From: Hemiscyllium ocellatum | Lineage: Eukaryota | Direction of reading: 5' to 3' | Length of the DNA: 64,000 bases | NCBI RefSeq assembly: GCF_020745735.1 | Contig: NC_083422.1 | Location: forward strand, 34,100,001 to 34,164,000 | Shown here: positions 13,205-27,411 of the stretch, piece by piece | Layout of the letters: the number at the start of each line of letters is the position of its first letter | Position numbering within the stretch: the stretch's first letter is position 1 | Notes under the pieces: model-generated | Databases searched by the model: none | What the model saw: the letters and a program-made list of their open reading frames with translations, nothing else | What the model was told of the DNA's origin: nothing | Position numbers and translations under genes: made by a program

Positions 13205-14700
13205 TAAAGTCATACAGCATGGAAATGGACCCTTTGGTCCAACTAGTCCAGACTGACCATGTTTTCGAACTAAACTAGTCCCAGTTGCCCGTGCTTGGCC
13301 CATGTCCCTCCAAACTTTTCTTTTTCATGTACTTATCCAAGTATCTTTTAAATACTGTCACTGTACTAGCATCCACTATTTCCTCGGGCAGTTCATTCCA
13401 CACATGAAACACCCTGAGTTTAAAAAAAAAGTTACTCCTCATTTCCTTGTTTAATCTTTCTCCTCTCCCCTTAAATATGTCACCCAGTTTTGAACTCTTC
13501 CTACCCTAGGAAAAAGATTCTTGCTACTCACCTTATCTTGGCATCTCATGATTTTAATCAACCTCTATAAGGTCACCTCTTAACCGCCTAAACTCCAAAG
13601 GAGGAAATCCCAGCCTATCTTTTATAAGTCAACCTGTATTCCCAGCAACATCCTGGTAAATCTTTTCTGAATCCTCTCCGATTTAACAATATCCTTCCCA
13701 TAGCAGGGTGATATGAACTACACACACAACTCCAGAAAGAGGCCTCACCAATGTTCCGTACAACATGACATTCTAACTCCTGTACTCAAAGGTCTGTGCA
13801 ATGAAGGCAAGCGTACTAAGAACCTTCTTAATCACCCTGTTTACCTGTGACATAAATTTTAAAGAATTATGTACCCGAACCCTTAGGTGTCTACTCTACA
13901 ATAATACCCAGGGCCCTACCATCAATTGTGCAAGTCCTGCTCTTGTTTGTTTTACCAAAATGCAATACCTTATATTTGTCCAAATTAAACTCCATCTGTC
14001 ACTCCTCAGTCCATTGACCTAACTGATCAAGATTTCTTTGTAATCTCAAATAACCTTCTTCACTGTCCTCTATGCCACTAATTTTGGTAAATCTGCAAAC
14101 ATACTACGTATGCCTTCTATATTCTCATCCAAATCATTTATATAAATGACAAACAAAAAGGTGGACTCAGTACTGGCCCTTATGGAACACTGCTGGTCAC
14201 AGGCCTCTAGTCCAAAAAACCCCTCACCAACACCCTCTGTCTCCTACCATCAAGACAATTTTGTATTCAATTTACAAGCTCACCCAGAATCCCATGTTTA
14301 TTAAATTTACTAATTAGTTCCATGCAGAACCTTATCAAAGGCTTTCCTAAAGTCTATGTACACAATGTCTAACACTGCCTCAATCGTTTTGGTTACTTCC
14401 TCAAAAAACTCAAGTTTGTGAGACAATGTCCCTCATACAGAACCATGGTGACTATATCCCTGATCAATCCTTGCCTCTCCAAATATATGTAAATCCTATG
14501 AAAATCACCTCCAATTTACCCGCTATTGATAACAGACTCACAGGTCTATGGTTTCCAGGCTTTTCTTACAGCTTTTCTTAAATAAAGGCACAACATTAAC
14601 CAAGCTTAAGTCCTCAAGCACCTCACCCATAAGTATAGATGAAGCAAATATTTCTGCTCATGGCTCAATAATTTCTTCCCTAACTTTCCAAAATGTCCTG
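13205..14700 (-). mobile_element. CR1 LINE 3' portion
   Basis: CR1 tail (catacagcatggaaatggaccctttggtccaac) and antisense RT remnants (atctgcaaac = FAD, cttatggaacac = VP.G). Confidence 0.85.
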
Positions 14701-16101
14701 GGATACACTTGATGAGATCCGAAAGATTCATCAACCTCCAACACTTCCTCCCATTTTCTTCCTACATCTTATGGTCTTTTGGATACCTAGAGAAGATGGT
14801 GGCAAGTTGCAACTGCCAGTTACCCACTCTGACCTCCCTGACAGAAACTGTAGCCCGCGAGATTGTCTCCACTACCAGGCAAAATAACAAACTGTATATA
14901 ATGAAGTTGGATGAATGAGATGTTACTGCGTGTAAATAGACTTTTTGTTGCTCACTAGCGAGATTCTCGCCTTGTATTTGAAATCTTAGATGGAAAAAAA
15001 ATCAGAATTTTGTTCTCACAATGTCAGGAATCTCATTGTTTTCTACACATTTTATCACTATTGCGCAAGTTTAGGGATTAGCAGATTGCATGCTATTTGA
15101 CTCCTAACACTTTATAGTCTATGCCATAAAATCTTTAAAAACTATTTTCTCAACAATTAAACAATTTTCTTTACAATGTTCTTCCTTTCTCTTTAACCTT
15201 TGGAATGTATTTCACAACAGTTGACTAATTTCAATATCATGTTCTGTGAAAATCCAATTAAAATAATTTGGGTTTGTATGACAGATATTGAAAACTCTTT
15301 TTGTTCTTTTCTACTTGTGGTTTAAATTAGGACATCAGTTTGAAAGAACAATAAGTAGGAGACAAGCCGTTGCAATTGTAAGACAGCAGTCGTCCAAAAA
15401 ACATGACAGAGTTCACAGTCCACAGGGATATAACTCAGTTCTTGCTCATTGGTTTAACATTTCTGTCCAAGGATGGCACTTTCTTGCTGCTCTGGCATCT
15501 TAGGAGATATGCCTAGAGTATCACTGACATAGACCCCAAACCCACTGGCAACACTGAAATTAAATGCTTTCACCTATTACATGCAAATAAATATTAATAT
15601 TGGTAATGGTGATTCCAATAGAGGACTATGCAGACTTTTGCTGTTCTTCTTAACTGAAATTCTGTATTAACTCAAGCTATAGTGGTTAATTTATTTTATT
15701 TAAAAGATGTATAGGTGTAATGGCTGGAATTTTGCACTAACAATTATGGATAATTTACCGTGCTCAGTTATTATGATGTAGATTGGACAGCACCTTTTGT
15801 TTTCCATGCATGCATAATTAAGTACTGAAATCTGGAAATTGCCGTTCGAGTTAACCCTTGCCCTTCCAACGTGAGGACTTCTGCAGTACAACTCAAGAAG
15901 CTCAGCCTTGAAAGACATGCCATAGTATGAACAGGGGTTACTTGGTCAACAGTTCCCCACCAAAGATGTAAAGAAAATAATTTAGAGTTGGTGCATTCAG
16001 GAATACAGGTATGGTAGAGTGACAATTAGTTTATTAGTGCCAAATAACCTCTGAAGTTTCAAATTTTGCCAAGTGTAGAGTTCGATTCCTTCAGAAGTTA
16101 A

Positions 16102-16410
16102 TTAGATTAGATTAGATTTCCTACAGTGTGGAAACAGGCCCTTCGGCCCAACAAGTCCACACCAAAGAGTAACCCACACCCCTATATTTACCCCTGACTA
16201 ATCCACCTAACACTATGGGCAATTTAGCATGGCCAATCCACATAAACTGCACATCTTTGAACTGTGGGAGGAAACCGGAGCACACGGAGGAAACCCACAC
16301 AGACACGGAGAGAATGTGCAAACTCCACACAGTCACCCGAGGCAGGAATCGAACCCAGGTCCCTTGCGCTGTGAGACAGCAGTGCTAACCACTGAGCCAC
16401 CGTGTCGTCC
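16102..16410 (-). mobile_element. HE1/V-SINE-like SINE (well preserved)
   Basis: Full head, core and tail; (aatct)n end; CpGs retained. Confidence 0.92.
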
Positions 16411-18020
16411 TAGTCTTGGATTCTTCCTTAAAAGCTTGAAAAAATCTTTTCTCTTCTTTTCATTGCTCTCTTAATTCCATCATTTTTTCCTGATCTGTTG
16501 TGCTTTCTTGATCTGCACAACATTTAATCATAATTTAAAGATTTAATATCACAATTCTGCAAGGTTCTCCAATCTGATTTGCTGAAGTAACTCACTCTTC
16601 ATTTTCCTGCTCAAGGTTGCCAAACGACCTCTTCATGAGATTCTGCATTGAATCAGACACTAAATTAGGGCAACCTTTTTGCATCGCTGTCGGCAAAGTA
16701 CCATTTCTTCACCATTGACAGTAAAATCGCAGTCAGATATGTGCTTAATACAGCAATATTTCAAACTATTAACATTATTAAGCCTGGCAATTTAGTCTAG
16801 ACTTGACCTCAATCTCATGGAAATCTATCAGTCTTCTGGATTAATGTTGATTGTAGATTGCTTACATGACCAAATTCTACCAATTGGAAATACTCTAAAA
16901 TTCTGTGTGTCAAAAGATGATAATGCTACTTCTTGGTCTCCTTTTTTTTTATTAGGTTATTAACTATCTTCTCTGCTTAGATTCTCAAAAGAATCCTCTG
17001 AAGAAAATAAACAGGATGCTCAGAATTGCAGAGGTTCGAAAATAATCTGTAATCAGGTTTAGGAAATTGCAGTAAGACAATCTGCTTCAGAAAATAGTTT
17101 CTGAAAATACAACATCTAACTTCCCTGATTTCTACTTTGTAATACTCAGCTCAAGAAAACTGTACTAAGTCATACAGGCCAGCAATTATATAGATTGTGA
17201 AAACTAAATAATGCTAGAGAGCTTATATTTCAAGTCACTTGAGTCATATGGCTATTTGGAGCAGTTTCAGTCCATTTTCATCTGTTAAAATTTCTTGCAA
17301 ATATGGAATACTTTAGTGTAGTTCAACCAGAAAGAAACAAAAGCTTCTTGTCAGATACAAGATGTATTGGATGTCTAAACTTCCCAACAGACTACAGATA
17401 ACCCTAATGTCATGTCCAATTCCTACCTATTAAACCTTCTGAAAACAAAACTTTGCAATTAATGTAGAAATGAGACCATCTGCATTGTGCTATGGATTTC
17501 ATTAGTAAATATGAGTGGATGTTTTCTCATTTCTTTTAATATACTTACAGGCTAAGCAGTCATGTTTAATAAATTAGTGCTTATTACTTATTGGTAGATA
17601 AAGGAGATTTGTCTGCTAATCTGAGAATTTCATCTTTGTTTCCATTGGTTAGATCACTGTACCAGAAAACTAAATAATTCGTCAAGTGTTCACAATAAAG
17701 AAAATAATAAATTGACTGTAAGTGATATAGACTTTTTCTGCTCCATGTTTGTGTTGTTACCTTTCAGAGTGGATATGTACATCCCTTCTGTCTATGACAG
17801 ATTAAAAGCAATTTTTCAGAGATTGTGACTTCTAACTTACTACTCAATCTAATCTTCAACTGAAAACAATAAACAACTATTTATCAAATTATATGTGAAA
17901 GCAATAACACTAAAATCATTCCTAAATATGATCAGTAGATACGAAAGCTAATCTCCATGATTTTGTAGCTATTATCACAATGGAAAGCAATACAAGATTC
18001 AAGAACAAAATATTACTAAC

Positions 18021-18121
18021 CCCTTGCTCAAACAATCCCGCAAGAACTGAATCATCCATGCGCGACTCTTCGTCCATTTTGCGAACCAGTGGAGCTATTC
18101 GTTCCTGAGCGAACTTAGCAA
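18021..18121 (-). CDS. ACADSB: ACADSB coding exon 3 ([34 protein letters not shown])
   Basis: Translated by hand (below the ORF-track cutoff); ttttgtttttaag| acceptor, GGG|gttagt donor; 101 nt; phase fits exons 2 and 4. Confidence 0.95.
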
Positions 18122-18598
18122 CTTAAAAACAAAAGTCAAACTGTCAGTAAGAAACAAAAATGATGCTTCAAGTTATTGAAAAGATTATGAAACAATGCAG
18201 ACATTATTTCTCATAGTCCACATTTAGGAATTTATATCATCCATTTTCTTCTGATGTGCTTATTTCCTTATCAAAATGATAAATGTCACTGGTAGAAATG
18301 ACAGTTTTCTACTGTGCACCCAGCATCAGCATCAAGTATTCTGGAGTTGATGCCTCAAATAAAGTACAAGAGGACTATACTTCAATAATTAACTCAGATG
18401 ATCAATCATTTCTGTAGTATTGCTAGATTTCCACTTTCTACCTTCAGCAAGGGTCAAAGTTCTTACTAAAAGGTTCTTAAAGAGATTTAAAGCTTAATTT
18501 TCTATATTTCTTATTATATTAAGAAAATACATTTAGAAAACATAAAAGCAAAGTTTTGAGTTTAAACAAATAACAATTATCATACTACACATTCATAT

Positions 18599-18940
18599 GG
18601 GTGGCACGGTGGCTCAGCACTGTTGCCTCATGCTAGGGACCCAGGTTCAGTTCCAGCCTTGGACTGCTGTCGGTGGGCAGTTTGCACATTCTCCCTGTAT
18701 CTGCGTGGGTTTCCTTCAGGTGCTCTAGTTTTCTCCCACAATCCAAAGATGTGCAGATTAGGTGAACTGGCTATGCTAATTGTCCACACTGTTCAGGGAT
18801 GTGTAGGTTGGGTGCATTAGTCAGGAGTTAAATGTAGGGGAATGGGTGGGTTACTCTTCGGAGGATTAGTGTGGACATGTTGGGCTGAAGGGCCTGTTTC
18901 CACACTATTGAGATTCTATGATACTTCTTTGATTCTATGA
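18599..18940 (+). mobile_element. HE1/V-SINE-like SINE
   Basis: gggtggcacggtggctcag head; tail gggctgaagggcctgtttccacact followed by (gattctat) repeats. Confidence 0.9.
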
Positions 18941-21149
18941 TATAATTCCTCCACATAATAGCTATTGCTATTCTGTAATAATGAAATAAGTAATGTTATA
19001 CAATCTAAAGGACCCTTTTAGTAAATCCACTTTAAGAAGGGAAATTTTATTTAATGACTTCACAGACTCAAGTTCTAACAAGATTTAATTGTCTACCCTT
19101 CCCCAAGGCTCTGTTCAGTATTTCTTATCTTAAAATGCAATGGATATTGTTCTGTTTTAGGATTGTTTATAATTCATGGTAAAATTAAAATGGGTAATGT
19201 GGCCTTTTCTGAACTCTGCCCAACATCAGGCCAGGGTGATCTGGATGTTAGAGGTTAAAGGGAGGTTCAAGTTGTTTTGCTGAAAAGGGGAAGTAAGGTG
19301 TTCACATTGGGGAGACAAGGCCGGCGTATATCGTGGTTAGAGACTAGCCGCCTAAAGTTCCAGGAACTTGTTAAGAATGTTGAGTGATAAGTAGTAATTC
19401 AATAAACTGTCTTATTTATTTCCAAGATTATGGTCTAAACAAAGACTGATCAACATTTCTACCTGGATACAAGACCGGTATGATTTATACTATCATGGAG
19501 ATAGGCTTTGAGAGGGCAAGAATCCTTTGGAAACCACTGAATGATCATGTTGCAGGTTTCCCTAAAATATCATTGATTTTCAGACAGATTTGTCTGCTTG
19601 GATCTAAGACCAACAGAGCTGTTTGATGCAAGAGTCTCTGGATTATCATGGAGCAAAGCAAGCAAGACAGTCTGCACTTGAATTCAAACGAATGAATTTG
19701 TGAGGATTTATAATGGAACTAGAAGATTTGTTTAAGTTGTATTAGAGGCAGAACCTCCAGGAAAATCTTGTATCACAAGAGGATTATGGGTGTAAGAGTT
19801 ACAAAGCTGGGAAAGGAAAAGAATAGACATAAATTCTCGGAGTTAAGAATCACTTTGGACTGGTTCTGAGAGAATTGATCGTCTATCTGAGAAACAGTAT
19901 AATGTATAATTGTGCAGTGAAATTTTGTGTTTAAGAAGAAAAAAGGAATACATAGTGTATTTTTTCACACATTTTATGCAAGTGCAAACCTTCATGGGGG
20001 GGGGGGGGGTGGGGGGTGGAAGAATTAATAATAACGTGATCCCATGCTCAATTGTCATATAGATTAACAATTTCTCCCATTGATGATACAGGTTGAATTT
20101 CAATTTCCTGTCTGTTTTTAATCTGTCATGTATTTTGGTCCTGCAAGGTGAAGGTATTAATAAATTTAACAGGGGGAATAGTTTATCTTGGTTATATTTA
20201 CCAACACCTTGTAGCTCAAACTAAGTTCTATCTCACAACTTGTAAAACAAGTTAGTTTTGGCTATTTGCGATCTTCAATTAAATAGTATCAAGCTCCTTC
20301 TCCCTCTAAATTGCAATATTCCATTTAACACAAGACAGAGTCAAATCATTACAAACTCCCATAGATATCAAATAAAGAAAGCTTCTGGTAGCTATAAGAT
20401 GCGAATTGCAACACCAGTCATAGCTCTTTAACACTACTCAAGTGAAGTAGTTACACATCAGGCTTCGTTCTACAGTATTGTCCCATTTTGCTTCTCTCAT
20501 TTATTTTCTTATCTGGTTGTGTTTATTATTTGTCTCTTCCATCTTAAATATCAGGCGGCTTTTCTGTTTGCCTAGTTTTGTACTTGATTACAGACATAAT
20601 GTTAGGAGAATCAGAGAAGTGCATAATAACAGAGGAACTGATTTAAAATCATATGTGGAGTTATTGGCAATGGTGGAAGAGGATTCCCATGTAATCCCAA
20701 TAATTACAAAGGTTAGACAATTTACTTTAAACTTTTCAGAAAGACACAGACAGATTATATTATGACTGAAAAGATTGGAACTAAGATTTCTGACCCCTAA
20801 CTGTCCACATCCACAAACTGAGACAACAAAAATAATAATATTTGTAATAAAGAATTGCAAATATCAGCAAGTACACAGGTCCATTTTTTCACTAATATAC
20901 TTAAAATGCAATTTATATCATAATATAAAAGGAACACGATTCCTAATGTTAAACAATGCAAAAGATGTGAGAATGGGCCATTAGTGCAGCTAGGAAGTGG
21001 AAAGGTAAATGCAGGCATTAAGTTTGGAATTTGATGGCAGCATATTGTGTTGTTATTGTATCTTATGGAAATTGAAGAACAGAATAGGTGACATATCCTG
21101 GCTTCAAGGATAGAGGAAGTGGAGGTTTGGGGGAGGAGGCGGGGAAGGC

Positions 21150-21545
21150 ATGGTGGTTTGCCAATCACTCCTCTCTGTACACCAATGCTCAGTAGTAACA
21201 GTGTGTACCATCTATAGGATACATTAGAGAGTCCCCAAGATTTCTTAGACAATATCTTGCATCTAGAAGGACGAGGATAGCAGATTCTTGGGACCACCAT
21301 CAACTGCAAGTTGTCCTCCAAGGCATATTCCATTCTAACTTGGAAATATAATCATCATTCCTTAAGTGTTGCAGGACGAGATGCTGGAACTCACTCCCCA
21401 ATGGCATTATGAATCTATCTACGGCAAATGGACTGCAGCAGTGCAAGGAAGTAGCTCACCACTAGTTTCTCAGAGGCAACTAACAATGGTCAATAAATGC
21501 TGGCCAGCTAATGATGCTCACATTCCATGAATGAATGAATTAAAA
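21150..21545 (+). mobile_element. 3' end of a second LINE family (CR1/L2 superclade)
   Basis: Ends caataaatgctggcc...cacattccatgaatgaatgaat; related to 46260-47770 and 60170-63300. Confidence 0.65.
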
Positions 21546-22742
21546 AAAATTGAAGAAACACCACAAGAACTCTGTGCTCTTCCTTAAATAAAACAAAAAT
21601 CAGGGCAGACTTCAATTAGCAGAAGGAAGACAAAATGTTTCTTTTGGGAATGAAGAATGAAGGATACTCCTGCTCCTTCAGAGTTTTTTTTACAAGAATA
21701 ATTAGCCTCTGGATCCACAGCCTTTTGCTAGTTTGTTGCCCCCCAAGTACTAGTAAACCCTATCAGGAGCATTTCAATATAAAAAATCAACTTTCAATTG
21801 CATTACACATGCCCACTTTAAATATGCTTCTCCAAAAGTGGATAATCACAATGCATGTTCCCTACTGAAATAAAAATGATACGCATAAGTCAGGTTTCTA
21901 GACTTTCTAGACTTTAGCCCAGTCGTTTAGTAGAAGGTTCAATTGTGTGGCCTTCCCATCTATCAATACACTTATTTACACTGGAATAATGGAGTCAAAT
22001 AAAAAAGGAAACTGAAAAAATGGGTCCAAAAAAAAATTAAGACAAAAACTTTAGAATCAAGCAAGTATGCATTTCTAGGACGCAGCTGAAAAATGGTAAG
22101 TGGTTTTTAAAAGTTGGTCAGATTTTGTGATGTCACCATTGAGATTCTAATACCACAATCCAAGAAGCCAGAAACAAGTCAACATCACTGTCAGCATCAA
22201 GTTCTCCCATATCAGAGAGTTAGCAAGGGGTCAGAAGACGATGATAGAGCTCTTGGTGCTTTATGTCCAATCCCATAAAATGAGGTACTACCAAAAACAA
22301 TATTTCAATTTCCATACCAGTTACCATCAGGACATCTGAAAAAAACTTGTCAATCTGCAGAAATATGGGCTGCAATCTAATGGAATCCTAATTAGCACAA
22401 CATTACAGATGAAAGACAGAATTCCAACTTTGGCAGGAAAAAGGTAGATAAGCTATCTACACTATCTAATTTCCCTATTAATTTACGCATATATTGCAAT
22501 TTGTAGTTGAGCTGAAATCTAGTTCCTACCGATTATGTATTCATTATATCGGCCCAATAAAGGCCCCTTAAATACAACAGAAGAGTGAAGCAAAAACTAA
22601 AATGATTAAAGATGGTGAATAATTTGTCCCTGTTTCACATTGTATCATAAATGTTATAATTTAGGGAATTTTAGAAATTAGAGAGAAAGAAAGGGAAACA
22701 ATACTAACACTGGAACTCACGTGACAATATACACCAGAAGGC

Positions 22743-22869
22743 AAAAGTGAGGACTGCAGATGCTGGAGATCAGAGTCAAGATTAGAGTGCTGCTGGAAAA
22801 GCACAAGTCAGGCAGCATCCGAGGAGCAGGAAAATCAACATTTCGGGCAAAAGCTCTTCATCAGGAATG
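22743..22869 (-). mobile_element. Penelope-derived short terminal repeat with decayed hammerhead
   Basis: Same family as 42875-43003; minus strand CTGATGA-AGAGCTTTTGCCC-GAAATGTT. Confidence 0.7.
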
Positions 22870-22904
22870 TACACTAGAACCCGGTACCAAATTGAGGTGT
22901 TGAA

Positions 22905-23225
22905 AACCTGGTGGGGAAGTGGTGGTATAATAGTAATATCAATGGACATGGGTTTGATTCCCACCATAGTATATGGTGAAATTGTAGTCTAATGGTGACA
23001 AGTATAACTAATGTCAATTGTCGCTAAAACCCATCCAGTTTATTAAAGAAAATCTTCCATGCTTACTTAGTCTGATTTACATGTGACTCTAGACCCATAG
23101 TAATATGGTTGATCCTAATTGCCCTCTCAAATTGCCCAGAAAGCAAGAGTTGAAGAGTAAGTAGGAATGGGCAACAAATGGACAACAATGCTCACATCAC
23201 ATCCATGTAAGTATAAAGAAAAATA
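22905..23225 (+). mobile_element. tRNA-headed SINE, second family
   Basis: Similar to 44232-44600 (gggtttgattcccaccat...catgtgactctagaccca...gaatgggcaacaaatg). Confidence 0.65.
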
Positions 23226-23417
23226 AATGTATTAAGGTCAGTCGAATTGGAGAGAGCCTCAACATTAAGTTGGAGAGGGAGGACAACAACTTCCATTGAG
23301 GAATTTATTTTTGATGGCTGGAGTTAACAGCATGAGCTGACCAAATTACTTTGTAGCTGCCAGCTTTGCAAAAGCCTATAGAAGACTGATATAGGAACTA
23401 ATAGACAATGCACATAA

Positions 23418-23729
23418 TCATAGAATCCCTACAGTGTGGAAGCAGGCCCATTAGGTCCATCAAGTCCACATTGACTGCTGAAGAGCTTCCCATACAGACC
23501 TACCTTTCCCATGGCTAATCCACCGAGCCTGCACATCCCTGGACACTATGGGCAATTTAACGTTGCCAATTCACCAAACCTGCACATCTGGGGATTGTGG
23601 GAGGAAACCGGAACCCCGGAGGAAGCCTACACAGACATGGGGAGAATGTGCAAACTTCACACAGACAATTGCCCAATGGTGGAATCAAACCTGGGTCCTT
23701 GGTCCTGTGCTAATCACTGAGTCAGCATG
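23418..23729 (-). mobile_element. HE1/V-SINE-like SINE variant
   Basis: Shared core and tail, plus an internal duplicated segment. Confidence 0.85.
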
Positions 23730-23867
23730 TACCTGGTCTTAAAGAATATGTTTTCCAGATTTATTTCCATTTGTCTTAGAATTCTTGGCAAGAATATACC
23801 TATCGAATTGCTAGTCTTAATACTAATTAACAAGGGATAGTGCAAAAACAAACTGGAAGTAAGTTAC

Positions 23868-24036
23868 CTGTTTCTTTCATTATCAGCTCTTCTTCGGTGA
23901 AAGTCTGTAATGGTGCATGACGGATGCCAACTGCAGTGCCATTGTCCAAAGCTATTTCTGCAGTGGAAAATTTTGAAATCTGTGGTTGAACCTTTAGAAG
24001 TGTTGGACACCTGGGTCTGACAAAATTTCTTCCCAG
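23868..24036 (-). CDS. ACADSB: ACADSB coding exon 2 (LGRNFVRPRC...HAPLQTFTEEELIMKET)
   Basis: APLQTFTEEE motif matches vertebrate ACADSB; donor ACAG|GTAACT in phase 1; 169 nt; acceptor AAG|CTG is the only nearby AG that keeps frame, so the 5' boundary is less certain. Confidence 0.88.
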
Positions 24037-24499
24037 CTTTTTGTCATTCATGTAATATATTAATTAGAATAAAACAGGTTTGTGTTATTTAACTTGTAAA
24101 TCAAGCGACAGTTAAAGAATCATAGATTGGTTGCAGTACAGAGGTGTAAAGATAAATTAACCATAGTTCACCATCTTCAGTAAAATACTTTCCCAATTCA
24201 TTTTTATATTTGAAACCAATGTTGTTTTGCTGTAAGCAAAACAGGAAAGTCATAACTGCAATAAATCATAAGAGTCTAATACATTTGGTAATCGAGTAAT
24301 ACTCGAGAACATCTTTATAATACTTATGCTTCATATTCAGCATGTATTATAATTTTTGACCACTTAGTTTTACATAACTTTTGTAGCTGCCCCTGTCTGT
24401 TCACATAGATTCAATGCTCCATTCTCCAGGTTTAATAAAAGTTTGAAAAATAATCATCATTGACATAAATTAGTATGGCATAAATCCCAACACAGATTA

Positions 24500-26300
24500 G
24501 AACAAATGAAACAGGAACAAAAGTAGATAATACAGCCCCTTGAGCCTACTCTACCATTTGATATGATGTCATCTAGACTGCATGGAGTGTCTGTAGGCCC
24601 ATGGCTAAACAAAGACTATAATGTTGGACTTACAACTTCATTTTCTTTATTTTTCTACTTTAAACTAAAAAGAACTGTAATTTTGATTTTTAAAAAATTT
24701 TTCTACTTTCTACCTAAGATTTTGAACCTAGATACCTTTGCACTGAAGATGGCATTAGGAACGGTGATTCTGTATATTTTTCACTGTACTCCTGTATTCC
24801 TGTACTTGAGTATGTGTGACAATAAAACCTAATTCTAATAATTCTTGCTCACTCTCCATAACTCTTTAATCCATTAATTAAAAATCTGTCTATCTCTTCA
24901 AATATATGTAATGCCCCAGTATTCATTGCATTGAGATAGTGAATTCTACAGATTCATGACCCTTTGAGAGAAATAATTTCTGCTCATCTGTTTTAAATCT
25001 GCTGCTACTTATCCTAAAACTAAGATTTCCCGTCCTAGACTGTTCCATGAGGAAACTCCTCTCTATATTTACTTTGTCAATCCCCTTTAGCATTCTGTAT
25101 ACTTTAATTTGATCACATTTCATTCTTCTAAACCAGAGAGTACTGGCCTAAAATGCAAGACAAAACCCTCATCCCTGAAATCAATCTACTGCACCCACTC
25201 TGAACTGCCTGCAATGCAATTACATCCTTCTTCACGTAAGTGGACTAAAGAGTAAGCAATATTTCAGGTGCAGTCTAACTAATACCTTGCAGGAACACTT
25301 GTCTATTTTCACACTATTCCTTTAGCAATAATTGCCAAAGTTTTATTTGCCTTCCTTATTATCTGCTTTATTTGCACACGAGCTTCCTGCAATTCATACA
25401 CAAGGAAATCCACATCCCTCTGAACTGAAGAGCACTAATGCTTCTCTCTGTTTAGATAACAAGCTGCCTTTTTATTCCTCCAGTCAAAATGGATGCTCCC
25501 ACATTTATCCACATTCAACTTTATCTGCTAAATTTGCCTACCTTAACCTTAACAACTTGTACATTTCTTATTTCTTCATTGCAACTTACTTTTCCACCGA
25601 TTTTTGTATCATCTGCAAACTTGGCTTCAATACTTTCTATCCCTGCATCCAAGTCATTGATACAAATTATAAATAATTGGAGCCCAAGGACCGATCCCTA
25701 TGGCACCCCCAGTTACTACTTGCCATCCAGCAAAAGGCCCATTTATCTCAACTATTTGCTTTTTGTTAGTTAGTCAGTCTTCTGTCCAAGCTAATAAATT
25801 ACTTTTAATCCCATGTGATATTACCTTGTATCTTAACCTTTTGTACATCACTTTATCAAATGTCTACTGAAAGTCCAGTTCTAGAGGATTCCTATTATCC
25901 ATATTGCTTGTTACCTCTTCAAAAGAACACTCACAAATTAATTATGATTTATCCTTTATAAAACCATGCTCACTGATGAACTGCACTTTTGACTTTCCCA
26001 ATGTTCTGTTATTACTCCGTTAATAATGGATTCCAAAAATTTCCCAAAGATACAAGTTAAATTAAACAGTCTGCAGTTTTCTACTTTCTGCTTCCCTCCT
26101 TTTTTGAATAAAGGTGTTAATTAGCATTTTTATAATCCATTTAAATCTTCCTCACATTCAGAAAAATTTGGAATATTACAACCAATGGATCCATCATCTC
26201 TGCTGCCACTTTCTTGAAGAACCCAGGATGTAGGCCATCAGGCCCTGGGAACTTGTCTGCTTTTAATCCCAATAGTTTGCACAGTACTTTTTCCCCTGAT
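24500..26300 (-). mobile_element. CR1 LINE 3' portion, with an unrelated LINE 3' tail inserted at ~24565-24840
   Basis: Antisense RT remnants (catctgcaaacttggc, ccctatggcacccc, ccatcaggccctggg); the insert ends gtgacaataaaacctaattct. Confidence 0.75.
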
Positions 26301-27411
26301 GGGGTTGGTAGCTGTAACATCTAACTAAAGTCCTTTCTAGCTTTCAGTCCATTATCTATTCACCACGTGCTTTTTTTTTGCAAATTTTTACTCCTTTCAG
26401 CTCAGCCTTTTTCCTGGTCTTGATTAAACATTCTTAAGAAGATTAGGCCTAATGTATTATAAACTTTCTCTCAGTCCACTTTCAGGATTACTTTCTCAAA
26501 AACGTCAAAGAAGTTGATAAGGCAGAACATTCCTTAATTATATAATGAGTGCTGTGTGTTAAATTATCATAAAGTTAAGTATCTATTTTGCTCTTCTTAA
26601 CCAATTCAATTATTTTGTCCCGCAATACTTTGTTTCAACTACTCACTGCATTCCGTGCTTGGAATCTGTAAAGTATATTCTCATAATCTCACTTTCCTCC
26701 AATTCAAAAATCTTTCTAGTGACAATTTTAAAGATTATGATTCCTCAACTCTGAGTGCTCCAACAGACAAAATAATTTTGCCTCTTTAGTCTATCAAAAC
26801 ATTTAAACTGCCCCATTGCCTTCCTTGCACTCAAAGTTAGATCTCTCAGAATGACACTAACGTGGTAGAGATGGTGTCGGAAAAAATAAAATACAAGTCT
26901 CGACATTTAAGGCTGAAATGGGGGAGATATTTGATAAATTAAATCAAACTTACAAAGGGTAGAAGGTCTTGGTTTGGATGGATTGCAGCTATACATTTTA
27001 AAGTGGGGGGGGGGGTTGGATTTTCCCATTTTTTTGGTTGAATACTTTTAGGCCTGGGTTTCATGGCAGGTGTCCCACTTTGGCCCAGAGCAATTTTTCT
27101 CTCACTAACTACCGTTCCTCACCTTGTTAATTATACAAGCAGCCTCTCTGGTGTCCCTGATGTGCAATCACATGGCAGGGGATGTGAATTTCTTGACACT
27201 TCTGGGATCTTCCAGAGTCCAAACCAACAGTGCCATATTTTAAGCCCACCAGCACACCCACTTCAGATACTGCTCACCAGGAACTTTCTAATACCGAAAT
27301 AAAAGTAGAAAATTCTAGAGAGTATCAGGTATGGCAGCATTTGTGAAGAAGAAAAAAGAGTTAACATTTTCAATCCAATGACTTTCCTTCATTAACTCAC
27401 AGGAAACCCAA

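Noticed and set aside
20797-21333. 178-aa ORF
   Set aside because: Reads antisense through a LINE 3' remnant into AT-rich intron
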